Source: an uncultured Gemmatimonadaceae bacterium
GTDB lineage: Bacteria > Gemmatimonadota > Gemmatimonadetes > Gemmatimonadales > Gemmatimonadaceae
Direction: 5' to 3'
Assembly: GCA_963781585.1 (NCBI GenBank)
Contig: CAWAGQ010000010.1
Location: 160,001 to 224,000 of the forward strand
Length of the DNA stretch: 64,000 nucleotides
The notes under the pieces were generated by a model. The model made no database searches. It had not been told where the DNA came from and was given only the letters and a program-made list of their open reading frames with translations. Positions within the stretch are counted from its first letter, which is position 1, and every line of letters starts with the position of its first letter. The position numbers and the translations under genes are program-made. Below, piece after piece: positions 31,224-40,532 of the stretch.

Positions 31224-32765
31224 ATGCCAGTGGACGCCCACGCCCGCTCCCCCCTTCGTGTCGCCATCGATCCGTCAGCGCGCCAATCTCTCCCCGAGGT
31301 GGCGTATGTGATTCGCACGCTCCTCCGGACCGCCGGTTATCCCTGGCGGATCGAATGGGCTGATGGATCGGACGAGCCAGTGGACATCGCTTATGGGACG
31401 GCGGCGTGGAGCCGCGCCCGCGTTCGCATTCCGGCCGTGTCGTGGCCCCTGGCGGATGTTCTCGAGCGTCCGCCGGACGCGGCGACCTCGTGGCAGGGCA
31501 TTCCGCTGCCTCGATTCCCGGGAGAGCAATGGGCTGAGGGAGAGGCCTCTCCCGGGCATCTCGAGTTCCCCTCCGACGTCCTCCTGGCGTGCTACTGGTG
31601 GCTCACCGGAGCATATGAGAAGCGCTGCACGCGTGACCGTCGCGACAATCTCTCGCTCAATCCCTGGCCGTTCATTGTGCAGGCCGGGCTGCTCCGGAAG
31701 CCGACGGTCTCGCTGAGCGCGGCGCTGTTGCGCCGCCGTTTCGAGGAGTGGGGACGCCCGGCCGCCCGCCCGCTCTGGCTATCGGATTCGACGCATGCCG
31801 CGTTTGCATTCACGCACGACGTCGACTATCCCGAGATCATCCGGTGGGTCGAGATCCCGCGCCTCCTCGCCAGGCGCGGCACCGGCGGGTTGCGGCTCGC
31901 CACAGCCGTCGCCACGGGGAAGAGCCACTTCTGGAAGTTCGCGGACTGGGTCGATCTCGCCGAGGCCTTCGGGACGCGGCCCGCGTTCTACTTCATGGCC
32001 AGACGGGGTTCGCTCGTGCGGTACGCGCTGGGCACGCCGGACGCATTCTATGACGTGGGCGCGCCGAGATTCCGCAGGCTCTTCGACGCGCTGCGGCGCC
32101 GCGATTGCGAAATCGGCCTTCACGCGTCCTACTGGGCCTGCCGCGACGCCGACATGCTGCGCGCGGAAAGGGAGCGCATCGAACGAATGGCCGGGGTGGG
32201 AGCCATCGGCAATCGGCATCACTACTGGCATCTCGATCCCGACGACCCGAACGAAACCTTGCACCGCCACGAACGCGCGGGCCTGTCGTACGACTCGTCG
32301 CTGGGCCTCGAGTTCTATCCGGGTTTCCGGCGCGGCATCTGCCATCCGTTTCGTGTCTTCCACCCCGGTCTGCGCCGCGAACTGAGTGTGGTGCAGGTCC
32401 CGCCGGCGTGGATGGACGATCACTTCGATCGACGGCTGACGGTCAATGGCATTGCCGATCCGGAGGCGAGCGCGCGGGCACTTGTGGACGCCGCCCGTGA
32501 GACACGCGGCGTGGTCCTTGTGGACTACCATGTGCGGGGCATGAACGGGGAGTTTTTTCCTCGATACGGTCCCTGGCTGCGACGTTTTGCCGAAGCACAT
32601 CTCGACTCGTCGCTGCGCTTTCTCACGCCGGCTGAAATCCGGGACGCCTACCTGATGCACGAGCGCAACCTCGCCGACCGCTCCTCGGATCGCACGCAGG
32701 CGGAGTGGACTCCGGCCGTCCTGTCTGCGCGAGGTGGCGGGCCCGGCGAGCAGGGCCCGCCATGA
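31224..32765 (+). CDS. Polysaccharide deacetylase family protein
   Basis: FTHDVD, EIGLH.SY, GNRHHYW, YDSSLG, GFRRGICHPF. Confidence 0.85.
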   Translation: MPVDAHARSPLRVAIDPSARQSLPEVAYVIRTLLRTAGYPWRIEWADGSDEPVDIAYGTAAWSRARVRIPAVSWPLADVLERPPDAATSWQGIPLPRFPGEQWAEGEASPGHLEFPSDVLLACYWWLTGAYEKRCTRDRRDNLSLNPWPFIVQAGLLRKPTVSLSAALLRRRFEEWGRPAARPLWLSDSTHAAFAFTHDVDYPEIIRWVEIPRLLARRGTGGLRLATAVATGKSHFWKFADWVDLAEAFGTRPAFYFMARRGSLVRYALGTPDAFYDVGAPRFRRLFDALRRRDCEIGLHASYWACRDADMLRAERERIERMAGVGAIGNRHHYWHLDPDDPNETLHRHERAGLSYDSSLGLEFYPGFRRGICHPFRVFHPGLRRELSVVQVPPAWMDDHFDRRLTVNGIADPEASARALVDAARETRGVVLVDYHVRGMNGEFFPRYGPWLRRFAEAHLDSSLRFLTPAEIRDAYLMHERNLADRSSDRTQAEWTPAVLSARGGGPGEQGPP

Positions 32766-33826
32766 ACGTCGGTCTGCTGGAACCGGGGGAGGAGACGAAA
32801 TGGGAGACGTTTGTCTCCTCGCGTCCCCAGGCTACCGTCTATCATTCGCTCGCGTGGCGCAACGTCACGGTCGAAGGCCTTGGCCACACGCCGAAGTATC
32901 TGCGCGCAATGAACCCGGCCGGCGAGATCACCGGCGTGCTCCCGCTCTTCGTGGTGCGCGGCGTGTGGGGACGCCGGTTGGTTTCGGTGCCGATGCGCGA
33001 TCGCGCTGGAGTGCTGGCGGACGACGATCTCAGTACCGGCGCGCTCGTAAGCCGGGCTGTGGCGTTGCGCACCGAGTTACGATGCGACTATCTGGAGCTG
33101 AAGCAGTTCGGCTCGCTGCCGGCCGAAGTCGTTGCGGCTCAGCGACTGCAGCGCGTCGAGCACTGGGTCACGACCCGGATCGACCTGACCGTGGGGCGCG
33201 ATCGCCTGTGGTCGGCGCTCGACCGCGATGCCGTACGATGGGCGATCAACAAGGCGCGTCGCTCCGGTGTGCGCGTGGTCGAAGATGCCAGCCCCGAGGG
33301 GATGGAGCGCTTCTACGAGCTCTTCTCCCGCACGCGTACGCGAATGGGTATCCCACCGTTTCCGCCCGGACTGTTCCGCGCGATTCACCGCCATATCATC
33401 ATGGCCGGGAAGGGAAACCTCGTGCTGGCCACCGTGGGTGACGAGGCCGTGAACGCCATGATCAGTTTCTTCTCCGGAAACAGCTTTCTCCCGGCGTACG
33501 CCGCTCCGCAGCGGTCAGTCGACAAGCGATTCTATCCGAGCGAGAGCGTCTTCTGGCACACGATCGAATGGGCGGTCGCCAACGGTTTCGTCACCTACGA
33601 CTTCGGCGCGGACTCGCCGCGTCAGGAAGGCCTGCTCCGCTTCAAGCGCAAGTGGGGGGGCGTGGCGACGCCCATTGCGAGCTATTTCCAGGTTCGGGAA
33701 GGGAAGCGCATCCCGGAATTCGACAGCAGCAAGGCCAGCTTCGATGCTGCGCGGCGCGTGTGGGCGCGCCTGCCGCTGGGTCTCTCGAAGCGACTGGGCG
33801 CGGTCGTGACGCGGCAGCTGAGTTGA
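32762..33826 (+). CDS. FemAB-like GNAT family protein
   Basis: WETFV...ATVYH..AW, GVLPL, INKARRSGV, YDFG...GLLRFKRKWG. Confidence 0.85.
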   Translation: MNVGLLEPGEETKWETFVSSRPQATVYHSLAWRNVTVEGLGHTPKYLRAMNPAGEITGVLPLFVVRGVWGRRLVSVPMRDRAGVLADDDLSTGALVSRAVALRTELRCDYLELKQFGSLPAEVVAAQRLQRVEHWVTTRIDLTVGRDRLWSALDRDAVRWAINKARRSGVRVVEDASPEGMERFYELFSRTRTRMGIPPFPPGLFRAIHRHIIMAGKGNLVLATVGDEAVNAMISFFSGNSFLPAYAAPQRSVDKRFYPSESVFWHTIEWAVANGFVTYDFGADSPRQEGLLRFKRKWGGVATPIASYFQVREGKRIPEFDSSKASFDAARRVWARLPLGLSKRLGAVVTRQLS

Positions 33827-33829
33827 CGG

Positions 33830-34474
33830 GTGGCGCGACGTGCGAGCGTGACTGACACCGCTCCCCTTCGACGCGCCGCGCGATCAGATGCCGGCGCAAT
33901 CTCCCGGATCTACACCGCCGTGTTTGGTGACCAGGGCATATCGCGCCTGGGTGCGGCATTCGCCGAAGAGTATTTCGTGATGCTGCTTTCCGCAGACAAT
34001 GCCCTCGGCGTCGTGGCCGACGACGTCTCCGGCGGGATTGCCGGTTTCGCGATCGGCTTCATGGGCGCGTCAGGCACGCGCTGGACGCACCTGGCTCCAC
34101 ACGCGCTCGGGCTCGCGCGCCGAGCTGTGATCGCCGTGGCGCGCCATCCCTCCATCCTTCGCCACGTCGTGCGGGGCGTTGCCTCGCACACTGCTCCGAT
34201 CGGCACCGATACCGACGCATTCCTCGCCGCCATTGCCGTCTCGCCGGCGGCTCGTGGCCGGGGGATCGGTTCGGCGATGCTCGCGCGATTCATTGCGGTC
34301 TCGCGCGACGCAGGTGCGTTGCGCGTCCTGCTGGAAGCGTCACACCACAGCGATGCCGCGGTCACGATGTATGAGCGAGCGGGGTTCCAGTGGGTTGACC
34401 TGGCCGGGCGATCCACCACCAGGGACGAGAGGGGCACGATGTCGCTGAACCTGCAGCCCGGCGCGGCGCGATGA
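33830..34474 (+). CDS. GNAT family N-acetyltransferase
   Basis: IAVSPAARGRGIGSAML acetyl-CoA motif, MYERAGF. Confidence 0.85.
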   Translation: MARRASVTDTAPLRRAARSDAGAISRIYTAVFGDQGISRLGAAFAEEYFVMLLSADNALGVVADDVSGGIAGFAIGFMGASGTRWTHLAPHALGLARRAVIAVARHPSILRHVVRGVASHTAPIGTDTDAFLAAIAVSPAARGRGIGSAMLARFIAVSRDAGALRVLLEASHHSDAAVTMYERAGFQWVDLAGRSTTRDERGTMSLNLQPGAAR

Positions 34475-36231
34475 CCCTGCTCCCTACATCCCGCGCGGCA
34501 ACGTATCACCAGATGGCGCTCGATGCCGTCCCCCGGCTGCTGGGTACGCTCGACCGCGATCCGTGGTCGCCGACAACGGGCAGCTTCGACCGCGACCACT
34601 GGTCATGGAAGTTCCGCGACTTTCCGTTGACCATGCTGCAGACGGGCATGCTGCCGCTCGCGCACATGTGGGCCTCTGAGCGGCCGGACAATCCGTACCG
34701 GCGGTCTCCCAGGCTGCTGCAGTGGCTGGTGGACGCCATGCGCGAGACGCTGCGTCGCCAGCACCGCAGCGGCGCGTTCGATTCGGTTGCCCCGAACACG
34801 ATGGATCACGGGGTCACGCTGGCCATGGTGTACACGCTGGCCAGCGTTGCGCGATACCTCGATGCGGCGCTGCCGCCCGATCTCGTCAGGCGGCTCGGGC
34901 CGGCCGTGCGCCGGGCCTGCCGGTTTGCGGTGCACTCCGAGGAGGACTACGCCTTCATCAGCAACCACCACGCGCTCTTCGCGCTGGCGTGGCTGCGGGC
35001 CGCCGATCTGCTTGGCGAGCCCGAACTGCTCCAACGCGCCGATGGCGAGATCGCCCAGATCATTGCCCATCAGTCGGCCGACGGATGGTACGCGGAATAC
35101 GGCGGGCCCGATCCGGGATACGAATCGCTAGGCATCTCCTACCTCGCGCAGTACGACGCCGAGAGGCCGGGAGAGCAGCTCCGTTCGTCGCTGCGTCGCG
35201 CCGTGGCCTTTCTCTCCCATTGCGTGCATCCGGATGGGAGTGTCGGCGGACTGTACGGAAGCCGCGGAACGTCGCTCTGGTATCCCGCGGGCATGGAGCG
35301 CCTCGGACAACACGACCCAGTCGCCAGGGCGGTCGCCTGTCACGTGGCGCGTTTCCTCGATCAGTCTCAGGTGGTGACACCAGCGACGAGCGATCCCGAA
35401 AACCTGGCCCTGCTCGTCCTTTCCCATATGGTTGCGGCAGACCTGGTCGAGAGCGCGGGTGCGATGGCGGGCCCCGATGCCGCCGCGCACACCCTGCCGT
35501 GCGCGAACTTCCACGGCGTGCGTATCTTCGAGGGTAGTGGAATCACTGTTGCAGGGACGCAACAGTACTACGCCGTCCTGAATGGGAATCGAGCTGGCAC
35601 GGGCGTGGTCCACGCGCGAGCGACGGCCCGTCTCGTGCATCAGGACAGTGGATACTTCCTCGAGGCCAATGACGGTGTCTGGACCTCTGCCATGCACGTC
35701 GGTACTGTGCGCCCCAAGGACAACGGTGGCCGGACGGTCACGTTCACAGCCCGCTTCGCCCGCGCGAACCGCGCGCAACTGACGCCCGCGCGATTCATTG
35801 TACTGCGTCTGCTCAACCTCACGCTGTTCCGTGTGGGTGCGTTGGGGCGTCTGGTGCGCCGGGCCGTGATCGGGCGTCTTGTGACGAGATGCACGCCGGG
35901 ACCGTATTCATTGGAGCGGGAAGTGCGGTTTGGAGAGGACCGCATCACGTTCGTGGACCGGCTCCGGAACGAGCGGCGGCAGGTGGTTACGCGGCTCTCG
36001 CGAACTGATCGGTCTCTCGCCTTGCATATGGGCTCGGGAAACTACTTTCACATGCGTGACCTCCTGGACACCTCCGGTATGGACCTGCCGGCAACGGCGC
36101 GAGATCTCTCGCGCCGGGGCGAGGTCGCGCACGTGCTGGACCTGACGTTGGCGGCGGACGGCCGGGTGACGCGCGTGGAGCGGGATGAGGCGGATGCGGT
36201 TCCCCCCGCCTCGACGGGCAGCGACGCATGA
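34471..36231 (+). CDS. Hypothetical alpha/alpha-toroid protein in the polysaccharide cluster
   Basis: GSFDRDHWSWK, ISNH, Q..DGWY.EYGG.DPGY; overlaps both neighbours. Confidence 0.65.
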   Translation: MTLLPTSRAATYHQMALDAVPRLLGTLDRDPWSPTTGSFDRDHWSWKFRDFPLTMLQTGMLPLAHMWASERPDNPYRRSPRLLQWLVDAMRETLRRQHRSGAFDSVAPNTMDHGVTLAMVYTLASVARYLDAALPPDLVRRLGPAVRRACRFAVHSEEDYAFISNHHALFALAWLRAADLLGEPELLQRADGEIAQIIAHQSADGWYAEYGGPDPGYESLGISYLAQYDAERPGEQLRSSLRRAVAFLSHCVHPDGSVGGLYGSRGTSLWYPAGMERLGQHDPVARAVACHVARFLDQSQVVTPATSDPENLALLVLSHMVAADLVESAGAMAGPDAAAHTLPCANFHGVRIFEGSGITVAGTQQYYAVLNGNRAGTGVVHARATARLVHQDSGYFLEANDGVWTSAMHVGTVRPKDNGGRTVTFTARFARANRAQLTPARFIVLRLLNLTLFRVGALGRLVRRAVIGRLVTRCTPGPYSLEREVRFGEDRITFVDRLRNERRQVVTRLSRTDRSLALHMGSGNYFHMRDLLDTSGMDLPATARDLSRRGEVAHVLDLTLAADGRVTRVERDEADAVPPASTGSDA

Positions 36232-37073
36232 TCTTCGTCATTCTGCCGGCATACAACGAAGAGGCGGCCCTCCTCCCGCTCGCCGAGAAGGTCGACGTGG
36301 TGATGCGGTCGCTTGGTACGCCCTATCGTATCGTCGTGGTGAACGATGGGAGTCGTGATCGCACGGGCGAGATTCTCGCGGAACTCCGCAAGCAGTATCC
36401 CATCGACGTGATCACGCACAAGCTGAATCGGGGACTGGGCGAGACCGCGCGCGACGGATTCGAGTACGTCGCCGAAGTCGGCTCGCCCGACGACATCATC
36501 GTTCGGATGGACTGCGACGACACGCACGATCCGAAATACATTCCGGCAATGGTACAGAAGATCAGGGACGGCTATGAGGTCGTCACGACGTCACGATACG
36601 CACCCGGCGGGGGGCAGGTCGGAGTCGACTGGTACCGCCGCACCATCAGCCGGGTGGCCAACTTGTTGTTCAAGGTCTGCTTCCCGATTTCGGGAGTGTG
36701 GGAGTACACGTGTGGCTTCCGCGCCTATCGAGTGGCGGTGGTCCAGGATGCATTGCAGATCTTCGGCAACAAGTTCATCGATCTCAAGGGTCTCGGATTT
36801 ACCGGGACGCTGGAGAAGATGGTCAAGTTTCGCATGATGGGCGCTCGGATTGCGGAAGTTCCGTTCGTGCTGCGGTACGACCAGAAGCTCAGCTCGAGCA
36901 AAGTGGTTACGAGCGTGACGACGTTGGGCTGCCTGATTCTGATCGTGAAATACGGTCGCACCTGGGGCGCTGAGCAGGAGCGCTGGCAGCGGGAGATCGA
37001 GGCCCGGAAGGCACGGGTCTACAAGGATGGGCGCCTTCCCTCGGGGGTCGTCCAGCCCGCCCCGACCGAGTGA
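36228..37073 (+). CDS. Glycosyltransferase family 2 (polyprenol-phosphate GT-like)
   Basis: ILPAYNEE, VNDGSRDRT, MDCDDTHDP, TCGFRAYR. Confidence 0.92.
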   Translation: MIFVILPAYNEEAALLPLAEKVDVVMRSLGTPYRIVVVNDGSRDRTGEILAELRKQYPIDVITHKLNRGLGETARDGFEYVAEVGSPDDIIVRMDCDDTHDPKYIPAMVQKIRDGYEVVTTSRYAPGGGQVGVDWYRRTISRVANLLFKVCFPISGVWEYTCGFRAYRVAVVQDALQIFGNKFIDLKGLGFTGTLEKMVKFRMMGARIAEVPFVLRYDQKLSSSKVVTSVTTLGCLILIVKYGRTWGAEQERWQREIEARKARVYKDGRLPSGVVQPAPTE

Positions 37074-37155
37074 CCGAGGTACGTGCGACGCGGGCCGCGC
37101 ATCATCGCGCGGTGCCACGGGCAAAGTCTGCCTGATCCACAGGACGAGATACTTC

Positions 37156-39108
37156 ATGTGCGGCATTGCCGGTATCATCGCGCGCGACCCATCCGCCACC
37201 CCCGACTTGGCGCGGCTGGGCCTGATGCTCGAGTCGCTGGCCCATCGCGGTCCGGACGGGGAAGGGGTGCACGCCGACGGTCCGGCGGCCCTCGGGCACA
37301 AGCGGCTGGCCATCATCGATCTGGAAACCGGTCAGCAGCCGATGTGCAACGAAGACGGGTCGCTGTGGATCGTGCTGAACGGCGAGATCTACAACTACGT
37401 CGAGCTGCGACAGGGCCTCGAGCGCCACCACGAGTTCAGGACCAGGAGCGACACCGAAGTCATCCTCCATCTGTACGAGGAACTGGGTGAGCGCTGCCTC
37501 GATCGCCTCAATGGCATGTTCGCGTTCGCGATCTGGGACGGTCGGCAGCAGCGTCTGTTCGCCGCGCGCGACCGCCTGGGGATCAAGCCGTTGTACTGGA
37601 CGCTCTCGCCGGAGACGCTTGCATTCGCGAGCGAGCCCAAGGCGCTCCTGGCGGCCGGTCTGGCGCAGCCCGAACCCGATCCTCTGGCGCTCGAGGAATA
37701 CCTCACGTTCCAGTTCTGCCTGGGTGAGCGCACGCTGTTCCGGCAGATTCGCAAGCTGGAGCCGGGCCACTACCTCACATTCCGCCCGGGCCGCGATCAC
37801 GACCCGGCCATCGTGCGTTACTGGGCGTTCAACTACGAGCTCGATGTCCATCACACACCGGAGTACTTCCGCGAGACGCTGCGGGATCTGATCGACGATT
37901 CCGTGCGCATTCAGCTGCGGAGCGACGTCCCGGTGGGCGCGCATTGTTCGGGTGGCATCGATTCGTCCACGGTCGTCATGCTGGCGGCGCGGCACTACGG
38001 CGGACGACTGGCGACGTTCACGGGCGGATTCCGCGAAGGACCGCAGTACGACGAGACGGCCTATGCGCGCGCGGTCGCGGAGGCGGCCGGTTCCGAACAC
38101 TTCGAGGTCTGGCCAACGGCGCGCGAATTCACCGATTCGCTGCCGGAGCTCATCTATATGATGGATGAGCCGGCGGCCGGGCCCGGGGTCTTCCCGCAGT
38201 ATCAGGTCTCGCGGCTGGCGGCTCAGCACGTCAAGGTCGCCCTTGGCGGACAGGGGGGGGACGAGTTGTTCGGCGGCTACGCGCGCTACCTCGCGGCCTA
38301 TCTCGAACAGGCGCTGAAGGGCGCGATCGACGGCACCGACGCCGACGCACGATACGTCGTGACCTGGGAGAGCATCGCGCCGAGCCTGCCTCAACTCCAG
38401 CGATACCGTCCCCTCCTTCAGCGGTTCTGGCGTGACGGCCTGTTCGACGAAATGGACCGGCGCTACTTCCGCCTCGTCAGCCGGTTGGAGGACGCCGAGG
38501 CGCTGATGTCGGAGGACGTCTGGGGACCGCGCAGCGGAGAGCGCATCTTCGAGGGCTACTCGCGGATTTTCAACGACCCATCCACCAAGAGCTACTTCAA
38601 CAAGATGACGAACTTCGACCTGCGGACGCTGCTGCCGGCGCTGCTGCACGTCGAGGATCGCACCAGCATGAGCGCGTCACTCGAATCGCGCGTGCCTCTG
38701 CTCGATCATCGTATCGTCGAACTGGTCACACGCATTCCGCCGGCGCTGCGATTTCCCGGAGGCGATTCCAAGCGCATGCTCCGGGAGGCGGTCCAGCAGA
38801 TCATCCCGGAAGTGGTCTTCCGGCGTCGCGACAAGATGGGCTTCCCGGTGCCGCTCACCGAGTGGCTGCGCGGTCCGGCGCGCGACTTCGTGCGCGACAC
38901 GCTGCTGGGCTCACGAGCCCGGACCCGGGGCATCTATCGCATGGACGGCGTGGAGAAGCTCCTGGCCGCGAACGCGCCGTTCGACCGCCAGCTCTGGGGC
39001 GTATTGTGTCTCGAGCTCTGGTTCCAGGCGTTCGTCGACCGCGATCGACTGCTGCCGCGGCCACGGCTCACGCCACCGCTGGTGAAGGCAGCGGCGCCGG
39101 GCGACTGA
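37156..39108 (+). CDS. asnB: Asparagine synthase (glutamine-hydrolysing)-family amidotransferase
   Basis: MCGIAG, HRGPD, RLAIID, NGEIYN, SGGIDSS, GGDELFGGY, ESRVP.LD. Confidence 0.94.
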   Translation: MCGIAGIIARDPSATPDLARLGLMLESLAHRGPDGEGVHADGPAALGHKRLAIIDLETGQQPMCNEDGSLWIVLNGEIYNYVELRQGLERHHEFRTRSDTEVILHLYEELGERCLDRLNGMFAFAIWDGRQQRLFAARDRLGIKPLYWTLSPETLAFASEPKALLAAGLAQPEPDPLALEEYLTFQFCLGERTLFRQIRKLEPGHYLTFRPGRDHDPAIVRYWAFNYELDVHHTPEYFRETLRDLIDDSVRIQLRSDVPVGAHCSGGIDSSTVVMLAARHYGGRLATFTGGFREGPQYDETAYARAVAEAAGSEHFEVWPTAREFTDSLPELIYMMDEPAAGPGVFPQYQVSRLAAQHVKVALGGQGGDELFGGYARYLAAYLEQALKGAIDGTDADARYVVTWESIAPSLPQLQRYRPLLQRFWRDGLFDEMDRRYFRLVSRLEDAEALMSEDVWGPRSGERIFEGYSRIFNDPSTKSYFNKMTNFDLRTLLPALLHVEDRTSMSASLESRVPLLDHRIVELVTRIPPALRFPGGDSKRMLREAVQQIIPEVVFRRRDKMGFPVPLTEWLRGPARDFVRDTLLGSRARTRGIYRMDGVEKLLAANAPFDRQLWGVLCLELWFQAFVDRDRLLPRPRLTPPLVKAAAPGD

Positions 39109-39244
39109 CCACGATGGAATCGCGGGCCGTCGCGCGCGATGCGTCCGCCGGGCGTCCGCGGGTGGACGTCCCACCGTCGCCGTGCCTGACGAGCACCAGC
39201 CGGGACGGCGAGCGAACGCCTCGCCCGACCATCACGATGTCCTC

Positions 39245-40312
39245 GTGAGAGTCGTCTCGATCGTCGGCGCGCGGCCGCAGTTCATAAAGGCCTGGCCGGT
39301 GAGCCGCGCGCTCTCCGCGGCGGGGATCGAGGAGTGGCTCGTGCACTCCGGCCAGCACTACGACCCGAACATGTCGGATGTGTTCTTCGAAGACCTCGGA
39401 CTTGCGCCGCCGGCGCGTCACCTCGGCGTTGGATCCGGAACCCACGCGCAACAGACCAGCCGCATGCTGATCGAGGTGGAGCGGACGTTGCTCGATCTCG
39501 CGCCCGACTGCGTTCTCGTCTACGGCGATACCAATACTACGCTCGCGGGCGCTCTGGCCGCCTGCAAGCTCAACATCAGCGTGGCGCACGTGGAGGCGGG
39601 GCTGCGATCCTTCCGACGGGAGATGCCAGAGGAAGTGAATCGATTGGTGGCGGATCACTGCGCGTCGCTGCTGCTCTGTCCGACCGCCGTGTCAGTGGCG
39701 AACCTCGCGCGGGAGGGAGTGGTGTCGGGGGTCCACCTGGTGGGCGACGTGATGTACGATGCCTGGCTGCATTTCGCGGAACGAGCGCGGTCGCGATCGA
39801 CGATTCTGGAGCGACTTGGAGTCCGGGAAAAGGAGTTCTATCTGGCTACGATTCATCGCGCCCACAGCACGGACGAGCCCGCAACGCTGCGTGCTCTGCT
39901 CGCGGCCCTCGGGAGGCTCGATCTGCCCGTGATCCTTCCCCTGCATCCGCGAACCCGCGCACGCATGGCGCTCGACCCGGAGTCGCCGGTCCATTCGGGT
40001 CAGGTCAGGTTCATCGAACCGGTGGGGTACCTCGACATGCTGCGACTCGAAGAGGCGGCGCGGGTCATACTCACTGACTCCGGGGGCGTGCAGAAGGAGG
40101 CGTATTTCGCGCGCGTACCGTGCGTGACACTGCGCCACGAGACCGAGTGGATCGAGACGGTTGAGATGGGTTGGAACACCCTCGCGGGGGCTGACCCCGA
40201 TACGATCGTGAGCGCGGTCCACCGGGCGGCTGCTCCCGGGCGGGAGGGACCATCGCCATTTGGGGCGGGGGATGCCGCCATCCAGATCGCGCGCGTTCTG
40301 GCGAGCGCCTGA
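39245..40312 (+). CDS. wecB: UDP-N-acetylglucosamine 2-epimerase (non-hydrolysing)
   Basis: VGARPQFIK, HSGQHYD, GDTNTT, HVEAGLRS, TDSGGVQKEA. Confidence 0.95.
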   Translation: MRVVSIVGARPQFIKAWPVSRALSAAGIEEWLVHSGQHYDPNMSDVFFEDLGLAPPARHLGVGSGTHAQQTSRMLIEVERTLLDLAPDCVLVYGDTNTTLAGALAACKLNISVAHVEAGLRSFRREMPEEVNRLVADHCASLLLCPTAVSVANLAREGVVSGVHLVGDVMYDAWLHFAERARSRSTILERLGVREKEFYLATIHRAHSTDEPATLRALLAALGRLDLPVILPLHPRTRARMALDPESPVHSGQVRFIEPVGYLDMLRLEEAARVILTDSGGVQKEAYFARVPCVTLRHETEWIETVEMGWNTLAGADPDTIVSAVHRAAAPGREGPSPFGAGDAAIQIARVLASA

Positions 40313-40532
40313 CCCCGGGAGCGGCTCCGGCCGACCGCGTCAGGGCCTTCCGCCTCCTGCTGATGTGGGAATCCGGTCAGTCGCCCGGCCTCCGGGGAAG
40401 CGCTTTGCCGCCACGGAGTGTCCAATTGGGAACGAACCAGCCCGACGGGAAACACGGGGTGTGCATCGCTCCGTAGTTCAAGGGACACGTTTCGTCCCAG
40501 ACTGGATGTCCGGAACGCGACCACCGGGTTGA

